64,000 bases of DNA, taken from positions 98,153,121-98,217,120 of the forward strand of contig NC_052149.1 in NCBI RefSeq assembly GCF_902713615.1, read 5' to 3'. Position 1 is the stretch's first letter; each line of letters opens with the position of its first letter. Below the pieces are notes generated by a model. That model was given only the letters and a program-made list of their open reading frames with translations. It did not search any database and was not told the origin of the DNA. The DNA comes from Scyliorhinus canicula. Lineage: Eukaryota. Below, piece by piece: positions 12,216 to 26,015 of the stretch. Made by a program: the position numbers and the translations under genes.

Positions 12216-13320
12216 CTAACGTTCCTCTTCCTCCAGCACATCGCCCCTCTGCTGCTCGATGTTGCAGGGGCCGCAGCAGGCTACCAGGATGTGGGAGACC
12301 CTCTCAGCGTCACACTGGACGGCCCCTCCAGAGCGGTCCAGGCACCTGAACTGCTTCTTCAGGATGGCGAAGCACTGCTCGATCACGGACCTGGTTGTTG
12401 CATGGGCGTCATTGTAGCGGGTCTCCATGTCAGTCGGTGGCCTCTGGATGGGCAGCAGCAGCCACGACTGTAATGGATAACCCCTGTCACCCAGGAGCCA
12501 ATCCCACAGCTGGGGGTGCCTCAAAGAGGCCAGGAAACATTGAGAGTGCCAGGATGAAGGAGTCATGCACATCGCCCGGGTATCGGGTGCAGGCGTACAT
12601 AATGCACATCTGATGGTCAAACACCAGCTGCACGTTCATCGAGTGGATACCTCTCAGTTTGTGTAGAGCGGCCTGTCATCTTCAGGTGCTCGTAGAGGGT
12701 CATGCATCCCGTCGATCACCCCTGGACTCGGGGTACCTCGGCGAAAATGACAAACACCGCTGCCTGGACATGCTGGTGGTCTCAGTCCACATTGAAATGG
12801 ATGTATTAGTCCGCCTGAGCATATTGGGCCTCCATGATGGCGCAGATGCACCTGTGCACCGAGCTTAATGAGATTCCGTACAGGACCCCACTGGCACCTG
12901 GAAGGACCCCATGGCGTAAAAGTTCAGGGTGATCGTCACCTTGACGGTCACTGGGAGGAGGTGTCCTCCCACATTCCCCCATGGAGCCAGCTGCGCCATG
13001 ATCTGCCAGATATGTCGCACTGTCCCCCTGCTCAGCCTGAGTCTTCGACGGCATGCCCAGCAGGTCCGCGAATAACAGGTGCTGCCGGTACACACGAAGC
13101 CTCATGCGGTGCCTCCTTTGCACCTCCTCCCCCTCGGCCTGTTGGGTGGCCGGATCTCCATCCTCGCCAACTGCCTCCTGTTCCTCTGGGGCAGGCCCCG
13201 TTGCTGCACGATCCTCCTCTTCCTTAAGCAGCACCAGCTTGTCCAGCCTCAGTGCACTCCCCAGAGCTGCAGCGACTAGAAGGAAGGCCACCATTTCTTG
13301 TTGAATTCCAATATCCGTTG
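12216..13320 (-). pseudogene. HARBI1-like DDE transposase pseudogene (copy C)
   Basis: RRRLRLSR, VKVTITLNFYAMGSFQ, GVIDGMH, WLLGDRGYPL and IEQCFAILKKQFRCLDRSGG across several frames. Confidence 0.85.
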
Positions 13321-14109
13321 TCTGCAGGGCATGAAAGGCCGACATGTTAGCATGTTCTGTACCTACATACCCAACATGGTATCCCCGGCTGGCACTGCGG
13401 ACCCGACCCCCACATATTCCCCATCCCCCCCCATCTCCGCCCCCCCCGGCCCCATCAGTGCCTGGCACCATGGAAGCCCCTAGTATCCATCTCTGCTGCC
13501 AGGAGTACCATCCTCCATGCTCCAAGGGCTGGTGCTGCCCTTGCCAGCGGTAAGCTGTAGAGGTTACTGTGAGCGTTGTCCTTACGTGGACCGCATGATG
13601 CACTGCCAGCGGGTGATGGCAAGATGGGAGGGTTGTTATGGTGGGGAGGGGCACCCATACGGTTGGTGTCAGTCTGCAGAACCACGGGTGAAGGTGGGTA
13701 GTCAATGGGGTACGCAGCAAGATGGCTGTCTGGCAGGACGCGACAAATGGTGGACCGAGCCTGGACACTCTGGTCCCGTGGGAGTCACATCGGCCCCATG
13801 GCCCAACGCCTGGTCGTCCCCCCATCACCCTCCTTCTCCCAGCCCTGACAGGGCACCCCGCACCCCCCCCTGCCAGCCCAGCATGTGTTAGGACCAGCAG
13901 CCCATGGTCGCGTCTATGCCTGTCCTACCTCCCTCTCTCTCCCTCATCAGGGACAGTGCATATTTCCTCCCAGTGGAGGCCGATCCCTGCCCCAGTCTCC
14001 CAAATGGAGAATTTTTCCCATGTATTAATCAGCACAACACTGTTTGTTATAAAAGTATGTTCCACAATCTTTTTGGGGGGGATTTTGTGGAGATCCAAGG
14101 TAAAAGCTC

Positions 14110-14995
14110 CAAGGCCGCAGATGGTGACGTTGCCCAAGTAGCCCGCAGCCTGTACTGGTCCACCATTCGAGACTCCGTTTGTGACGCCAAAGGAGGAAGT
14201 GGAAGAGGCAGCCATCTGCCTCAAAGGCTGTGTAGTGGCGGTCCTCCGGGCGGATTGGGAGCTGGTGGTATGCAGACTTCAGATATACCGTGGAGAACAC
14301 CCGGTAGTGTGCAATCTGATTAACCATTTCCGCTATCCGGGGGAGGGGGTACGCATCGAGGTGCGTGTACCGGTTTATGGTTTAGCTGTAATCTACAACC
14401 ATCCGGTTCCTTTCCCCCGGTCCTGACGACCACCACCTGAGCTCTCCAGGGGGCTATTATTGGCCTTGCTGATCCCTTCCCTCAAGAGCCGCTGGACCTC
14501 GGACTTCATAAAAGTCCTGTCCTGGATACTGTACCACCTGCTCCTGGTGGTGACGGGTTTATAGTCGGTGGTGAGGTTCGCGAATAGCGGGGAGGGTCGA
14601 CCTTCAGGGTCGTGAGGCTACATACGGTGAGGGGGGGGGGGGTAGGAGCCCGCCGAACTTCAGGGTCATGCCCCTGAGGTTGCACTGGAAGTCCAGTCCC
14701 AACAGGAGAGGGGCACAGAGATTGGGGAGTACATATAGTTTAAAATTTGCATACTCGGCGCCCTGTATCGCGACGTTCGCGACACAGTACCCCCGATCTG
14801 CACTGAATGTGATCCGGAAGCGAGGGAGATTGTTTGAGATGCGGGGCAGAGTTTGAGAGAACAGTGCCTTACCGTGTCTGGGTGTACGAAGCTCTCCATG
14901 CTCCCGGAGTCAAACAGGCAGGTTGTTCCGTGCCCATTGACCCGGACGGTCATCAGGCAGTTCCTGAGGTGCTTTGGGCATGACTGGTCGTGCTT
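14110..14995 (-). mobile_element. Gypsy pol fragment (protease-RT)
   Basis: LFDSGSMESFVHP (protease) and LKSAYHQLPIRPEDRHYTAFEADG (RT). Confidence 0.8.
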
Positions 14996-16797
14996 TCAAA
15001 TTGAACAGTGCTCTGGAACATCATTGTATCAAGCAAATTCCAGTGAAGAAAGTAACTAAAACCTACCGTTGTCCGCCAAGCTGGCTGTCTATTAAAATTG
15101 TGTGAATCTGATTTTAATTCACTTGACAAACAGCTTTTGTTTTGATCAGATATCAAAACAATTATATTTCACAAAGAATGTTTTATATTTGCACAGTACT
15201 ACAGATTTTGTAGCCGTCACACACTTGTTTAAATACAAAGGCTGCATTAACCACGTGGTTCAAACAGTTCACTGGTGTGGTTCTGAAATTGATTTTGTAT
15301 TGTCATTCATATGGTGCGATTAACCTTGGTTCCTTGCACTTGACTTACTTGCATTATCTGTTCTCAAGGACATCTCCTCTAATCTCCTCTATCCTTGTAT
15401 CACCAGGCCTCATTGCTTGCAGTAAATTAGATCCTTGTATTGCTTTAAGTGCAGAAGGTCCAAGGTCTTGCGTTGACAATTTATTTCTTAAATAAAAAGC
15501 CAAGATCTCCTGTTACTGCAATAAACACAAAGGGAGGGAGGACATCACTTTACATGCAGTGCAACACTGGATTACCAAAAATAATGAAAGGTTCACGCAA
15601 ATTAGCTTTTTATAACAAACTGCATGTTGTTGCACAAAGAAAGAACAAGCAAAATAACCAGCAGAGACAACAATTTCATTGTTGAGATAGATACTGGTAT
15701 TGATATGATATGGTAATGGAAATGGATAGCGAAAGAAAATTTAGTTTCAATATGCTTATGGTTTAAATATCAATAAAATCCATTAAAACGTAAGCACACA
15801 GTCAATTGAGTATTTTATTGAGAAATCATTCAGAGGCTTATTGTAAAGCCGATCATGTTGAGAATGCTTTGGTCCTGTTTTTCACACCTTAACGTGTAAT
15901 TATTGATCATTTCGATTAAGGTGACGGCTAAAGTATAAGCTGGGTGAATTAAATGGTTAACAAAAGAAACACCAGCTACATATGAGTCTGCAGCACTGTT
16001 CTGAGCTTAGCAGCTTTTTATTTCTGCACAGCGTGCAGATTTTTCTTCTTGCTTTCCTTTCCCGCCCCTCTGGAGGACATTGGTCGCTCACTGGGATATG
16101 GCTCTTTGGAAGTCAGCAGACATGCTGTCCGTTGTCCAAGTGACCATTGTTCGTCCGCTTCATGGGTTTCTCTGAAAATGAAACAAAATCTGCGAAAGTG
16201 ACTCTTTTAGAAAAGGGAGAATTTCCCTGCTGCTTATATTTTTGTTAGTCCCAAATGTACTTCGAAGCTGTTGAACGTATAATTAAAAGTCTTGCGCCTA
16301 AGTGGCATTGATTACCTCACAACTCTCCAAGGTGCCACAACCTGTGCCCTCAAAGATGTCACAAGGCACAGATTGCCACACCTTGGAAGAGACAATCCTT
16401 CAAAGTGTCACATGTCCAGTAAGGAAACAAAATTGTGACTGGCTCAAATAAGTGCTCACATGCAGAGTTACCAATTAAATATCTCGTTGTCTAAACAGGA
16501 ACGATTAAAATGTAACTGTTGTAACCTCCATGAGGATCATGAGACCACAATTACCGATCTTCCAATGGGCTTTATTGAATATGAGCTCCCCAGGTTGAGG
16601 GTGGAGACCCACCACCTGGAGCTTGTCAGACTGGAGGATAAAAGCAGGCCCCAGGCAGGTTTGGTCAGATCTATGCTCCCAGTAGTGTCTACACTACGAG
16701 AGTGAGGGAAAAGGAAGGATAACGTGTATATAATCCAGTTATGTTTATCACAATGTCCTTTGGAGGAACTGCAGTATTAAAATAATACTGAACAATG

Positions 16798-17080
16798 AGT
16801 AAGAACATTAAACATAAGACCAATAGGTGCAAAAATAGGCAACACAGCCCCTCCCTCGAGCTTGCTGCACTACAAGCTGAACTTACACACAACTCCACTT
16901 TCCCATCCTATTCCCATATCCCTTAATTCCTTTAGTGTCCAAAAATCTATCGATCCCCATCTGAATGCACTCAATAACTGAGAATCCATTGCACTTGAAG
17001 AGTAAAGAATTCCAAAAATTAACAACCTAAGTGAAAATTCAGTGCTGAATTAATGCTCTGAATTGTGAGTGTGTCTCATG
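16798..17080 (-). mobile_element. Old CR1 LINE 3' end
   Basis: acataagaccaatagg...cccatatcccttaattcctttagtgtccaaaaatctatcgat; antisense CR1 tail pattern. Confidence 0.6.
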
Positions 17081-17099
17081 CCTGAGCAGGGGTTTAAAA

Positions 17100-17876
17100 T
17101 AAAGATAGAAACTGCTGGAAACAAAATTCAGCTGATTAGACACCATCTGTGGAGAGAAACAGAGTTAATGGGCGGGATTCTCCCTTTCGGCGGCAGAGTG
17201 TCCACGCTCGCAGAAACGCCGTCATGTTTCATGATGGCGTGAACGGGCCGCTGGGAGTACCGATTCTGGCCCCTACAGGGGGCCAGCATGGCGCTGGAGT
17301 AGTTCACGCCGCTTCAGAATCCCTTCCCGGCACGAGAGGTGCGCTGTGGGATCCGCACACGCGCAGTGGCACCGGCATCAACGATGACATGCGCAGTGGC
17401 GCCGGCGCCAACATGGAATGGGAGTTCCGGGGCTGGTGCGTGAGAAAATAGGCCTGGGGAGCGAGAGGCCGACCCGCCGATCGGTGGGCCCCGATTGCAG
17501 GCCAGACCCCATCGGAAGCCCACCCGGGGTCGGAGCCCACCCCCCCACCACCCCCACACAGGTCACCCCCCCGACCCTGAGCGCAGAGTTCCCGCTGGCT
17601 GCGACTAGGTACGGATGGCGCCGGCGGGACTCTGCCTTTTTAGAGCCGCTGCTCAGCCCATTCGGGTCGGAGAATCGGCGGCCCGGCCGCGTAGAGCAGC
17701 CCGCGACCGGCGCCGCACCAAACGCGCTGGCGCCAATGGCGCCGATTCTCTGCTCCGTGGAGAATCGCTTGCCGGCGTCAGGGTGGCGTGGTCTGGTTGC
17801 GGGTATTCTCCGGCCCAACCCCAGGCTGGGAGAATCCCTCCCAATGTTTCAGGTCTGTAGCCTTTCATCGGAACTG
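17100..17876 (-). mobile_element. Penelope-derived repeat remnant with decayed hammerhead, split by a MITE
   Basis: With the MITE removed, the minus strand reads agtt CCGATGA a aggctacagacct GAAA CATT aactctgtttctctccacagatg. Confidence 0.55.
17170..17842. mobile_element. Harbinger-type MITE
   Basis: TIRs GGGCGGGATTCTCC / GGAGAATCCCTCCC, 3-bp TSD AAT, CpG-rich. Confidence 0.85.
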
Positions 17877-19460
17877 GGCGAATTTTGCGGTGCCATCATC
17901 GGTTTTCAGAAAAGGGTGGATGCGACAAGGACAAAAGCAAAGAGGTGGCTAACCTTTGAACAGGATCGAGATATCCCAATTATGCAAATGAGACAAAGTG
18001 TGTCATTTTTGTGAGTAATGTAATCCTTTGCCAAAACATGTCTTCAACCGTTCAAATGCCCTACAGCAGGTTCTTCTCATCCAGTAAGGCAGAGACAGAA
18101 ATTGGTAGCTGTGGAGGCCATGTAGCCCTGAATGCTATGAAACTGCTCCTGTACCCATGTCCATGTCTCTCAATGCTCCTCTTTACCGACAGCAGAAAGC
18201 ACCTGATAAGAGCGAACATGCTGGGCGAGGAATGGCTGATCTCAGGATCCTATTCCCATTTGAAGAAGATGTGGTGGAACAGGCAGGAGATGAGATTGGA
18301 ATCTCTGCCTGTGCCAAAGGAGAGATTGAAATTGGCCTACTATCTAGTCAAAGTGTATCCTGTCTGCTCCTCTGGATGTGAAGCAACTTTATACATATCT
18401 TCTGTAGACCTCACAGCTCACTGTATTAATAATTCTTTATGTTCTTCAATGCGGCCTATGGAGCCTATTCCCACTCCAGGTCTAAGAGGAGAAGACTCCC
18501 AGATCCGCCTCTAAGGAGGAAGAGTTCTCTGAGGATGCATGGTCAAGGTGTTATTCTGCACCCTCCACCAGCACTGAGGCATTAACCTCTGTTGGTAATC
18601 GACCAGAAGTAGGCTTGGGGTCACAATCAAGGGATCACGTTGGTGACATGGATCTACAGATGATGAGGGCAGTGACTGCTGAGGTGTGTGACACTCGGAG
18701 GACTGCTGGAGACCAGGTCCCTGGTCAGCCCCATGCAGATTATGATCCTCTGGACTCTGCCTTAAGGTACCTCATTGGAGCTGCAGAGATAAGCATGGGA
18801 ACATTAGGCAGAGATGCCAGAGGTCATGCACAGACTGGACGGAGGTTGGAGGAGTCTGTCCACATTTTGTCTGCTGTCCTGGCTCCAGCATGCACGTGCT
18901 TGGCTGCCTCCATGGAAAGGGAGGCAGCTGCCTTGGAGACTCAAATCTAGTCGGACACTCAGTGGCTGCCAGATATGTGCTCGCCCCTGCACTCCATCGC
19001 TCGAGTCATGGGTACAGGGCAGCAGTGGCTAGGTGAGAGGAGACAGGGCACCTTGACCTCCCTCAAAGTGTCCCTTCTCCTCAAGTAATTAGGGAGGAGG
19101 AGCACCAGCAAGGCACACAGGGTGCTTCGTCCCAGGAAACTCCAAGGGTTCCCATCACCTCTAAAAGGTCGGGCCAAAGAGGTTGTACTTGCACTATGCA
19201 GAAGGCCCCATGGCCTCTGGAGCCTTCTAGACCTCAGACCATCAGAGGTAAATCAGCCAAAGTCATCACAATCAACAGGGCATAGCAGTCAGCAGGTTTC
19301 ATTATACCATTTATATACCAATGCACTTTGCTGGAAAGAGATAGCAGCCAGACAAAGTGCAGACTCCGCTGACAGGGCATACAGTCCGGGTGCAATGGAC
19401 AGTAGAAAGTCTTGCCACACACACACATCTTCAAGAACTTCATTATAATAAAACCTTGCA
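17877..19460 (+). mobile_element. Old Harbinger remnant (Myb-partner gene region)
   Basis: TIR-like GGGCGAATTTT at 17877. Decayed homology to exon 2 (WNRQEMRLES) and exon 3 (RRLEESVHILS...LAASMEREAAALETQ). Confidence 0.55.
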
Positions 19461-19589
19461 GTGTGATGCCCAGTCATCTACAGAATCACATGATCACTTA
19501 TCTCTCACTGTGTGATATTATCTGCTTGTTTAACAAATTAGGACAAAATTCAAAATTGCACACCAAAACCAAAGTGCATTGACCTTTAA

Positions 19590-20288
19590 CTCCCTTTAAG
19601 AAGTCGTGGGAGCGAGGGTGGAGCCTCTCGCGGCAATCTTCATGGTGTTGGAACGGCCAGAGCTCCTCACAGGGAGAGGGGCCGCCGCCCTGGCCTTTGT
19701 CTCCATGATTCCCTGACGGGAACTCCTGTTTGGATGGAGATTGGCAGAGCCACCCATGGTCACGGAATGGCTGTCGGTCCTAACGGAATTCCTGAAACTG
19801 GAGAAAATAAAATTTGCCATCAGAAGGATTCCACTACACATGCAGACAAATTACCAGCTTCTTTGAGGAACTCTTTGTGACCAGCAACTGGTGGGGAGGG
19901 GGGGTGGGGGGGGGGGGGGGTAGCAGGGAGGGGAGGGGAGCAGGAGGGAGGGGTGGGCAAACTAGAAGGGGGAAAAGGAGTAGGGAGAGAGAGAATGGTG
20001 TGTGGAGAGGAGGCAGCAACCAAAACACAAGGAAATCTATCTGACAACCACAAGTGTGTAGTTTAACCGCATAGTGTCTAGAATGAGTTAAAAGATGTAA
20101 AATATTTATTTATGTTGCCTTGACTACTTCTGTGTTATGTATTTGCTTTTATTACTCCTCCAGTGTTAGATTTTTTTTCTTTTTCCTTTCTGTTCTCTCC
20201 GGGCAGATACAATTGTATAGTCGGAGTATGTGTGTGATAAGTCTTTCATAAAATGAAAATCTTTCAATAAAGATATCTTCAAAAAAAG
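19590..20288 (+). mobile_element. L1/Tx1-clade LINE 3' end
   Basis: WLSVLTEFLKLEKIKFAIR ORF2 C-terminus, G-rich 3' UTR, AATAAA and A-tail. Confidence 0.7.
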
Positions 20289-21315
20289 AAGGTCATCTTG
20301 GAATCCTGGCACACAGGATTATGGAGGAAGAAAGAAAAGGTAAAGCTGCAAGTCCTACTAAAGCTTAGAGCTAAGATCCTCCTATCTCATCTCTTGTCCC
20401 TTTCTCCCCAGTTCCAAATGGGAGAACACGTAACTGTGCAAAGGCTGTGCACATTGTCTTGCAATTCAAAATTCCTTTGAACATAGAAACACACCATATT
20501 GATGAGCAGAGAAAGATCAACTGGCCAATCAAGTCCACAGACATGACACTGTGGCACAACCATCCCCTCTGCCCTCCGACTATACCTCCCCATAGCCATG
20601 TATTCTACTGGGAGAGACAGAAAAAGCAGAAAACATGTGCACCTTGAAGTTTGAATTTCAACATCAGTTTCTTTTTAAATCATTGTTGCTCTGGTCGAGC
20701 AGCTTCCTGGTACAACCAATCGTTCAAAAACAAATACCTTGCTGACTTCAATGGCCCTTTGCACTTTGTAAATTGCAGTAGTTCTGTGAAGTTGAACTGC
20801 AATGCCAGCTTCCTGTGCGTGAGGAGGTGTGGCGCAAGTGTAGGTCATGTTGCCTCATACAATCAACAACCTAGCTGAGGCAGTGGTGCCAATTTGAAAT
20901 GTTCTGGAGACATATCTATTGAGGGGGGTGAGGACCCTGATTGCCATTAATAGTCCTATGGCTGGCTGCAGAGAACCCTTGCAGTTGGTGAGCAAATGAC
21001 TCTCTTGTGGCCTGAAGTCCTTGTCCTCCGGCCTTGACAAAGCAAGCCAAGCAGACATGAACAGTGGTGTAAACACTGGGACAGCTATTGTGCTGACATG
21101 CCAGCTGTTTTCCCTTGTTTTCACACCTTGTACTCTTTTGATCATGAAATATTCCTTAGAGACATAAAATCAAGCCCCTATCTTCACTTGCTGGTCACAA
21201 TGGGAACTCGGACATTTCCTCCTCATTTTCATGTGCCTCCCCGGGCTCCTATGAAATTTGGTTTGCAATTAAATATGTTCTAATTTTGTCTCTTCCTGCT
21301 CTACAAAATTTCACT

Positions 21316-21902
21316 AGGCGGGATTCTCTGACCCCCCACTGGTGAATCCGATGAATTCTCCGGCGTTGGTTTTCGGGCAGGGGCGGGGATCGCGCCGGTC
21401 GGGGGCTGTTGGCAGCGGCCCCTCGGCAATTCTCCAGGCCCCGATGGAGCAGCCGCCCTTTTTCGGCCAGTCCCACCGGCGTGAAATGGACATGGTTCAT
21501 CCCGACGGGAACTAGCTTGGAGGGCGGTTAGCGGGGTCCTCAGAGGGACGCGGGGGATCCGGCCCCGTGATTGGGGCCCACCGATCTGCGTGCAGGCCTG
21601 TACCATGGGGGCACTCTTTCCCTCCACGCCGGCCTCTGTAAGGATCCATGATGGCCGATGCGGAGAAGAAACCCCCTGCGCATGTGCAGGAAACATGCTC
21701 GCAGTCCTACGCATGCACCAACTCACGCCGGCCCAAAGCGGCCCTTAGGTGTCGGTTGGCGTGGCGCCAACCCCTCCAGCGCCGGCCTAGCCCCCGGAAG
21801 TGCGGAGGATTCCGCAACTTCTGGGCGGCTCGACGCCGGAGTGGTTCACACGTTCTTGGAGCCGGTACGAGCCGCTCCGCCGATTGCGGGAGAATCCCGC
21901 CC
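21316..21902. mobile_element. Harbinger-type MITE
   Basis: TIRs AGGCGGGATTCTC / GAGAATCCCGCCC, 3-bp TSD ACT. Confidence 0.85.
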
Positions 21903-22689
21903 ACTGTGAACCTCAATTACAGTCCACAGTGAATTGATAGACAATAACATTTAAAATGCTCGTAACTTCTATGAGTAAGCAAAAATTGCCCCAACCTAAA
22001 AGGATTATTCTAACAGGACACAAGTCATCAAGGCTTGTTCTGCAGCACCTCCTGACAAGCCCCACCACCTCACCCTGCTCCACACCCCCCCAACTCCGCG
22101 CTAACATTTGGGAAGACTCCTCCAAATTCCTTTCAAACCAGACACTAACCTAGCTTGGAATTACCTTTCATTATCACTGACCCAAAGTCCTGGAACTACC
22201 AAGATTACCTCCACTACACAGACTGAGTGATTCAAGGAGATGGTGGCTCACTACTACATTCCCGGTGTTAGTGAGGGTGCATAATAACTGCTCGTCTTTT
22301 AAGTGCTGCCCACATTAGGGAAATTAATTATAAATATAAAAGAAAATTTGACGAACTCTCCATACAAACAACACTGTCATAATATATAGTATAAAAACTG
22401 AAATAAAAATCAGACAAAACCTGTTCCCTTTTGTAAATGGAGTTTCCCCAAGGCCCATTAATATGGACTCAGAGGACAAACCATTCAATCTCAGTGCAAA
22501 ATTTGGCGCATGTATTAATTTCAATATTTTTGCATGAATCATGTGGCCCATATGAGGCTGTGGCTCACATGAATGCTCCCCCATCAGTGACTTTTACACT
22601 GTGGGAGTGCACATTGGGAATTTGATTTCAGAGGTCAGTACAATTTAATTTAATGAAAAACATTTATTTATAAAAATTGGTCTGCAGGA

Positions 22690-22915
22690 AGGGAGGCATG
22701 GTGGTGCAGTGGTCAGCACAGCTGCCTCACGGCGCTGAGGTCCCAGGTTCCATCCCAGCCCTGGGTTACTGTCTGTGTAGAGTTTGCACATTCTCCCCGT
22801 GTTTGCATGGGTCTCACCCCCACAACCTAAAAGATGTGCAGGCTATGTGGTTTGGACACGCTAAATTGCCCCTTAATTGGAAAAAAACATTGCATACTCT
22901 AAATTTAAAAAATAA
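22690..22915 (+). mobile_element. Short poly(A)-tailed V-SINE
   Basis: Same family as 8649-8878. Confidence 0.85.
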
Positions 22916-25296
22916 ATTGCTCTATAGATTTGAATTCCCAGTGTACCTGCCCAATGCACAATGCCATGCGCCAGGGCCACTAAAGAGTAAAGCCTATTTC
23001 AAAATTTGAGATAACACAAACATAGTTTGTCATGAAATTATCAGGCAAGGAAAGGCCTGAGGCTCAATGGCCCAATTTTCAGATCTGTGCCAATTTGCAT
23101 TTGTGCAACCAGATGGAAAATTTACCCCATAATTAAAACCTTGTACTGTAAAGCAGATTTCTATCCTATTTAGAAATAGACCTGAGAAAAATATCCAGAG
23201 TACCTCAACTCCTTGTTTTAAGCAAATAGTATATGCATATTTATCTTTTACCACTTCTTCCTTTGCCCTAACATCTTCTTCTATCTCAGAAAGCCTGACG
23301 TCTCCACTGTGAATTCAAAGGCACTGTGAACAGCTAAACAGACAAGGTACGTGCTTACTGAAGGGAAAAGGAGACAGAGCCGCACTTGATCTACTGTGAC
23401 AGAACACTTCAACCTTGTAAAGTAAAGCAACTTTCCACTGGCAGCTTGTCAGGAGACTGACCAAATTTATTCTACATCTGGCAGAGATATTCGAGTGTCA
23501 ATCTATGCCGGAACACTAATTCACAACTGCAGGATCTCAACCAGTGTTAGATAAGGCTGAGCTTGTACATTTGACTTGCAACCTCAGATATGGCTGGCAC
23601 AGAAAGGAATCACTTGTTTGGCTGTGTCGTGAGAAATGCAGGGGCTTGACTTTTCAGCAAGTATGATTTACAATCATGTCGGATAGGATTTTCCACTTGT
23701 GAGGAAGTCAAATACTAATATTCTCCCATATGTGGTCATGCTACAAATATCATAAGGCATGTCAATATTAGTATCCCCAGGTGGTAGCATTTGGACGTCA
23801 CACCTTACCTACTATGTCAAGTTAAATCTCTAACCTCCTACCTCAGGACCAGGATAATCAGGGTTATTTTTCTCGAATAAGCATCATGCCACAGAAATGC
23901 GTTTCTTTCTTTGGAGGATTCTTTATCACAGGCCTCACCTTATTCCCATCACATTGCAGATGAAATAACGACTCGTGTGAAGCTAGGTTAATAAATATGC
24001 TGCATTGCTTACCCCCCCCCCAACTCCCATCTCTGCCCCATTCAAAAATGTCAGTTGTTTTGCAAGCCCATAAATGCGGTCTCTAAACTAGGATGCAGAT
24101 TTCAAAATGGACCAAGACTAACTTTTGATTTATAAACTAGTCACCACTGGCCTCTTGGCATTTCTATTCTCTTGAAAATCTATCCCCACCCACAACATAT
24201 GACCTATCTGGTACATTGCCTTGATATACGATTGTGCGTTGCAACACATATAATTTTGATCATATCATTTTTTTTACAATGCAAATAAATGCACAATGTA
24301 AAATTGTAATAATACCATGAAAAACCATTTACCAGCACACCTGTTAACAGACTAAAAATTCCCTTAAACAGTCCAAATAGCCATATAAAGGAAGTATTAG
24401 ATTTTGCTATTTCTTTATTACAGGCATTTATTCTTTATGTAGTTAATGATGATGAAGAATTATAGTAATGTGTTTAGTAATAAAACTGGCTTTATTCCAA
24501 CATGATTCCATCCATCTGTATGGTCCATCAACATTGCCAAAAAAAATTAATATCCATCACTAAACCTTATCCTTACTGCTGAGAATGATGGACTGCTTTC
24601 ATTCTTTGCCGATATTAAAGCAGATAACTAATTGGAGGGAGCCAAGAGCTCTCTCTCTTAAAACGATCAGCTTATTTCATACATGTTATGTGGCTTGTAG
24701 CTTAATTTGTGCAATCTGAGTAATAATAGATTCAGTCTGTCTGTTGTTAAAACACAGTACTCCCAGAACGATAGAGATCTGCTCACTGCGCAGGAAAATA
24801 CCGATATCAATGGAAAGTAGCAAAGCTACTTGGTCTCTACTGCTTCTGCTTTTTGTGGCCTATCAACAGCAGCTTTTTGTAAATTGTACGCTGCAGGCTG
24901 TCTCTCTTCCATGATAATGTAGCCAGGCCTTATATCTTAATTTTCAATGCATAGAGTCTGTTGTGAAAACAGCCGATAGGAATGCCAAGTCTCAACCAAA
25001 TACCATCACAAATTAACCAATGTGACAGCTTCTTTGTTCCCATACTTTCCATGGTATAGTCTCACCTTTTTTTTGGACCAGTTTGGGAACAATAAACATA
25101 AAGGAATAATTCTGGAATATGTGAAGATGACTATGATCTTGGTACCAATATGAGAGTGATGGTGGGCGATGCATGTATACGTACAGCAGTCAGCTGAATT
25201 CACCTAATAATAACTTAAGGACATAATTCACTGGGAGCTTTCAGGTGCCATCATCTCTTGAAGAATGAAAGCCACCCTTAAAAGTGAGGAAGAGTG

Positions 25297-25565
25297 ATTT
25301 GCTTTTCAATTTTACCTTTCATGACCTCAGGATGTGTCAAAGCACTTTACAGCCAATTCATTACCGTTAAAAGTGTAGTGACTGGTGTGAATGTGAAAGA
25401 TATGGCAAACAATACACTGGCAGCAAGATCCCACACACAGCAATACAATAAAGCTGTGATCACCTGTTTTTTGGTACACTGATTTTGGATTTTATATTGG
25501 CTAGGACACTGAAGAAAATGAACCTGGTTTTCTTCAAAATAACGTGATGGGATCATTTGCATTCA
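25297..25565 (-). mobile_element. Deu-domain SINE remnant
   Basis: caaagcactttacagccaat...gcaagatcccac...tattggctaggacact...cttcaaaataacgtgatgggatc. Confidence 0.6.
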
Positions 25566-25579
25566 ACAAAATCCAAAAC

Positions 25580-26015
25580 AATTTGCCATTGTATAGCATC
25601 TTCAATGTAATAAAATGGCCCAAGGCATTTCACAGGAGTACTATAAAGCTGAATTGGACGCCAAGTTACGAGAGGAAGTATTAGGGCAATTGACCAAAGA
25701 TTTGGTTTCAAGGAGAATTCCAGAGCTTAGGGCCCAGGCAGCTGAAGGCATGACCATCAATGCTGGAGCAATTCATCTCAGGGATACTCCAGAGGCCAGA
25801 TTTGGTAAGTGCAGATATATCTGAGGGGTGGGACTGGAGGAGATAATGGAGACAAAGAAAGAGCAGTGATATCATGGAGGGATTTGAAAACAAGGGTGAG
25901 AATTTTTAAATCAAGGCATTGTTTAACCAGAAACCAATGTAGGTCAGCAAACACTGGTTTGATGATGGGTGAACAGTGAGCGTTAGGCAGCAATGTTTTG
26001 GATGATCTCAGTTTA
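25580..26015 (-). mobile_element. L2 LINE 3' end
   Basis: SPIIKPVFADLHWFLVKQCLDLKILTLVFKSLH and GHAFSCLGPKLWNSP, the L2 ORF2 C-terminus. Confidence 0.75.

Larger units (their letters stand above)
10560..13990. mobile_element. Degenerate PIF/Harbinger element (copy C): Myb-partner exon-3 remnant (+), convergent transposase (-)
   Basis: Heptad remnant EVNTAGVIIRVESLLHNISSTSGGAQGVAHSV; ATTAAA at 11378; HARBI1-like fragments on the minus strand. Same layout as 42209-48646. Confidence 0.75.

Noticed and set aside
17149-18014. Overlapping 80-198 aa ORFs in GC-rich MITEs (also 21300-21930, 28700-29330, 57570-58490)
   Set aside because: Open in many frames because of GC content; no recognisable domains.
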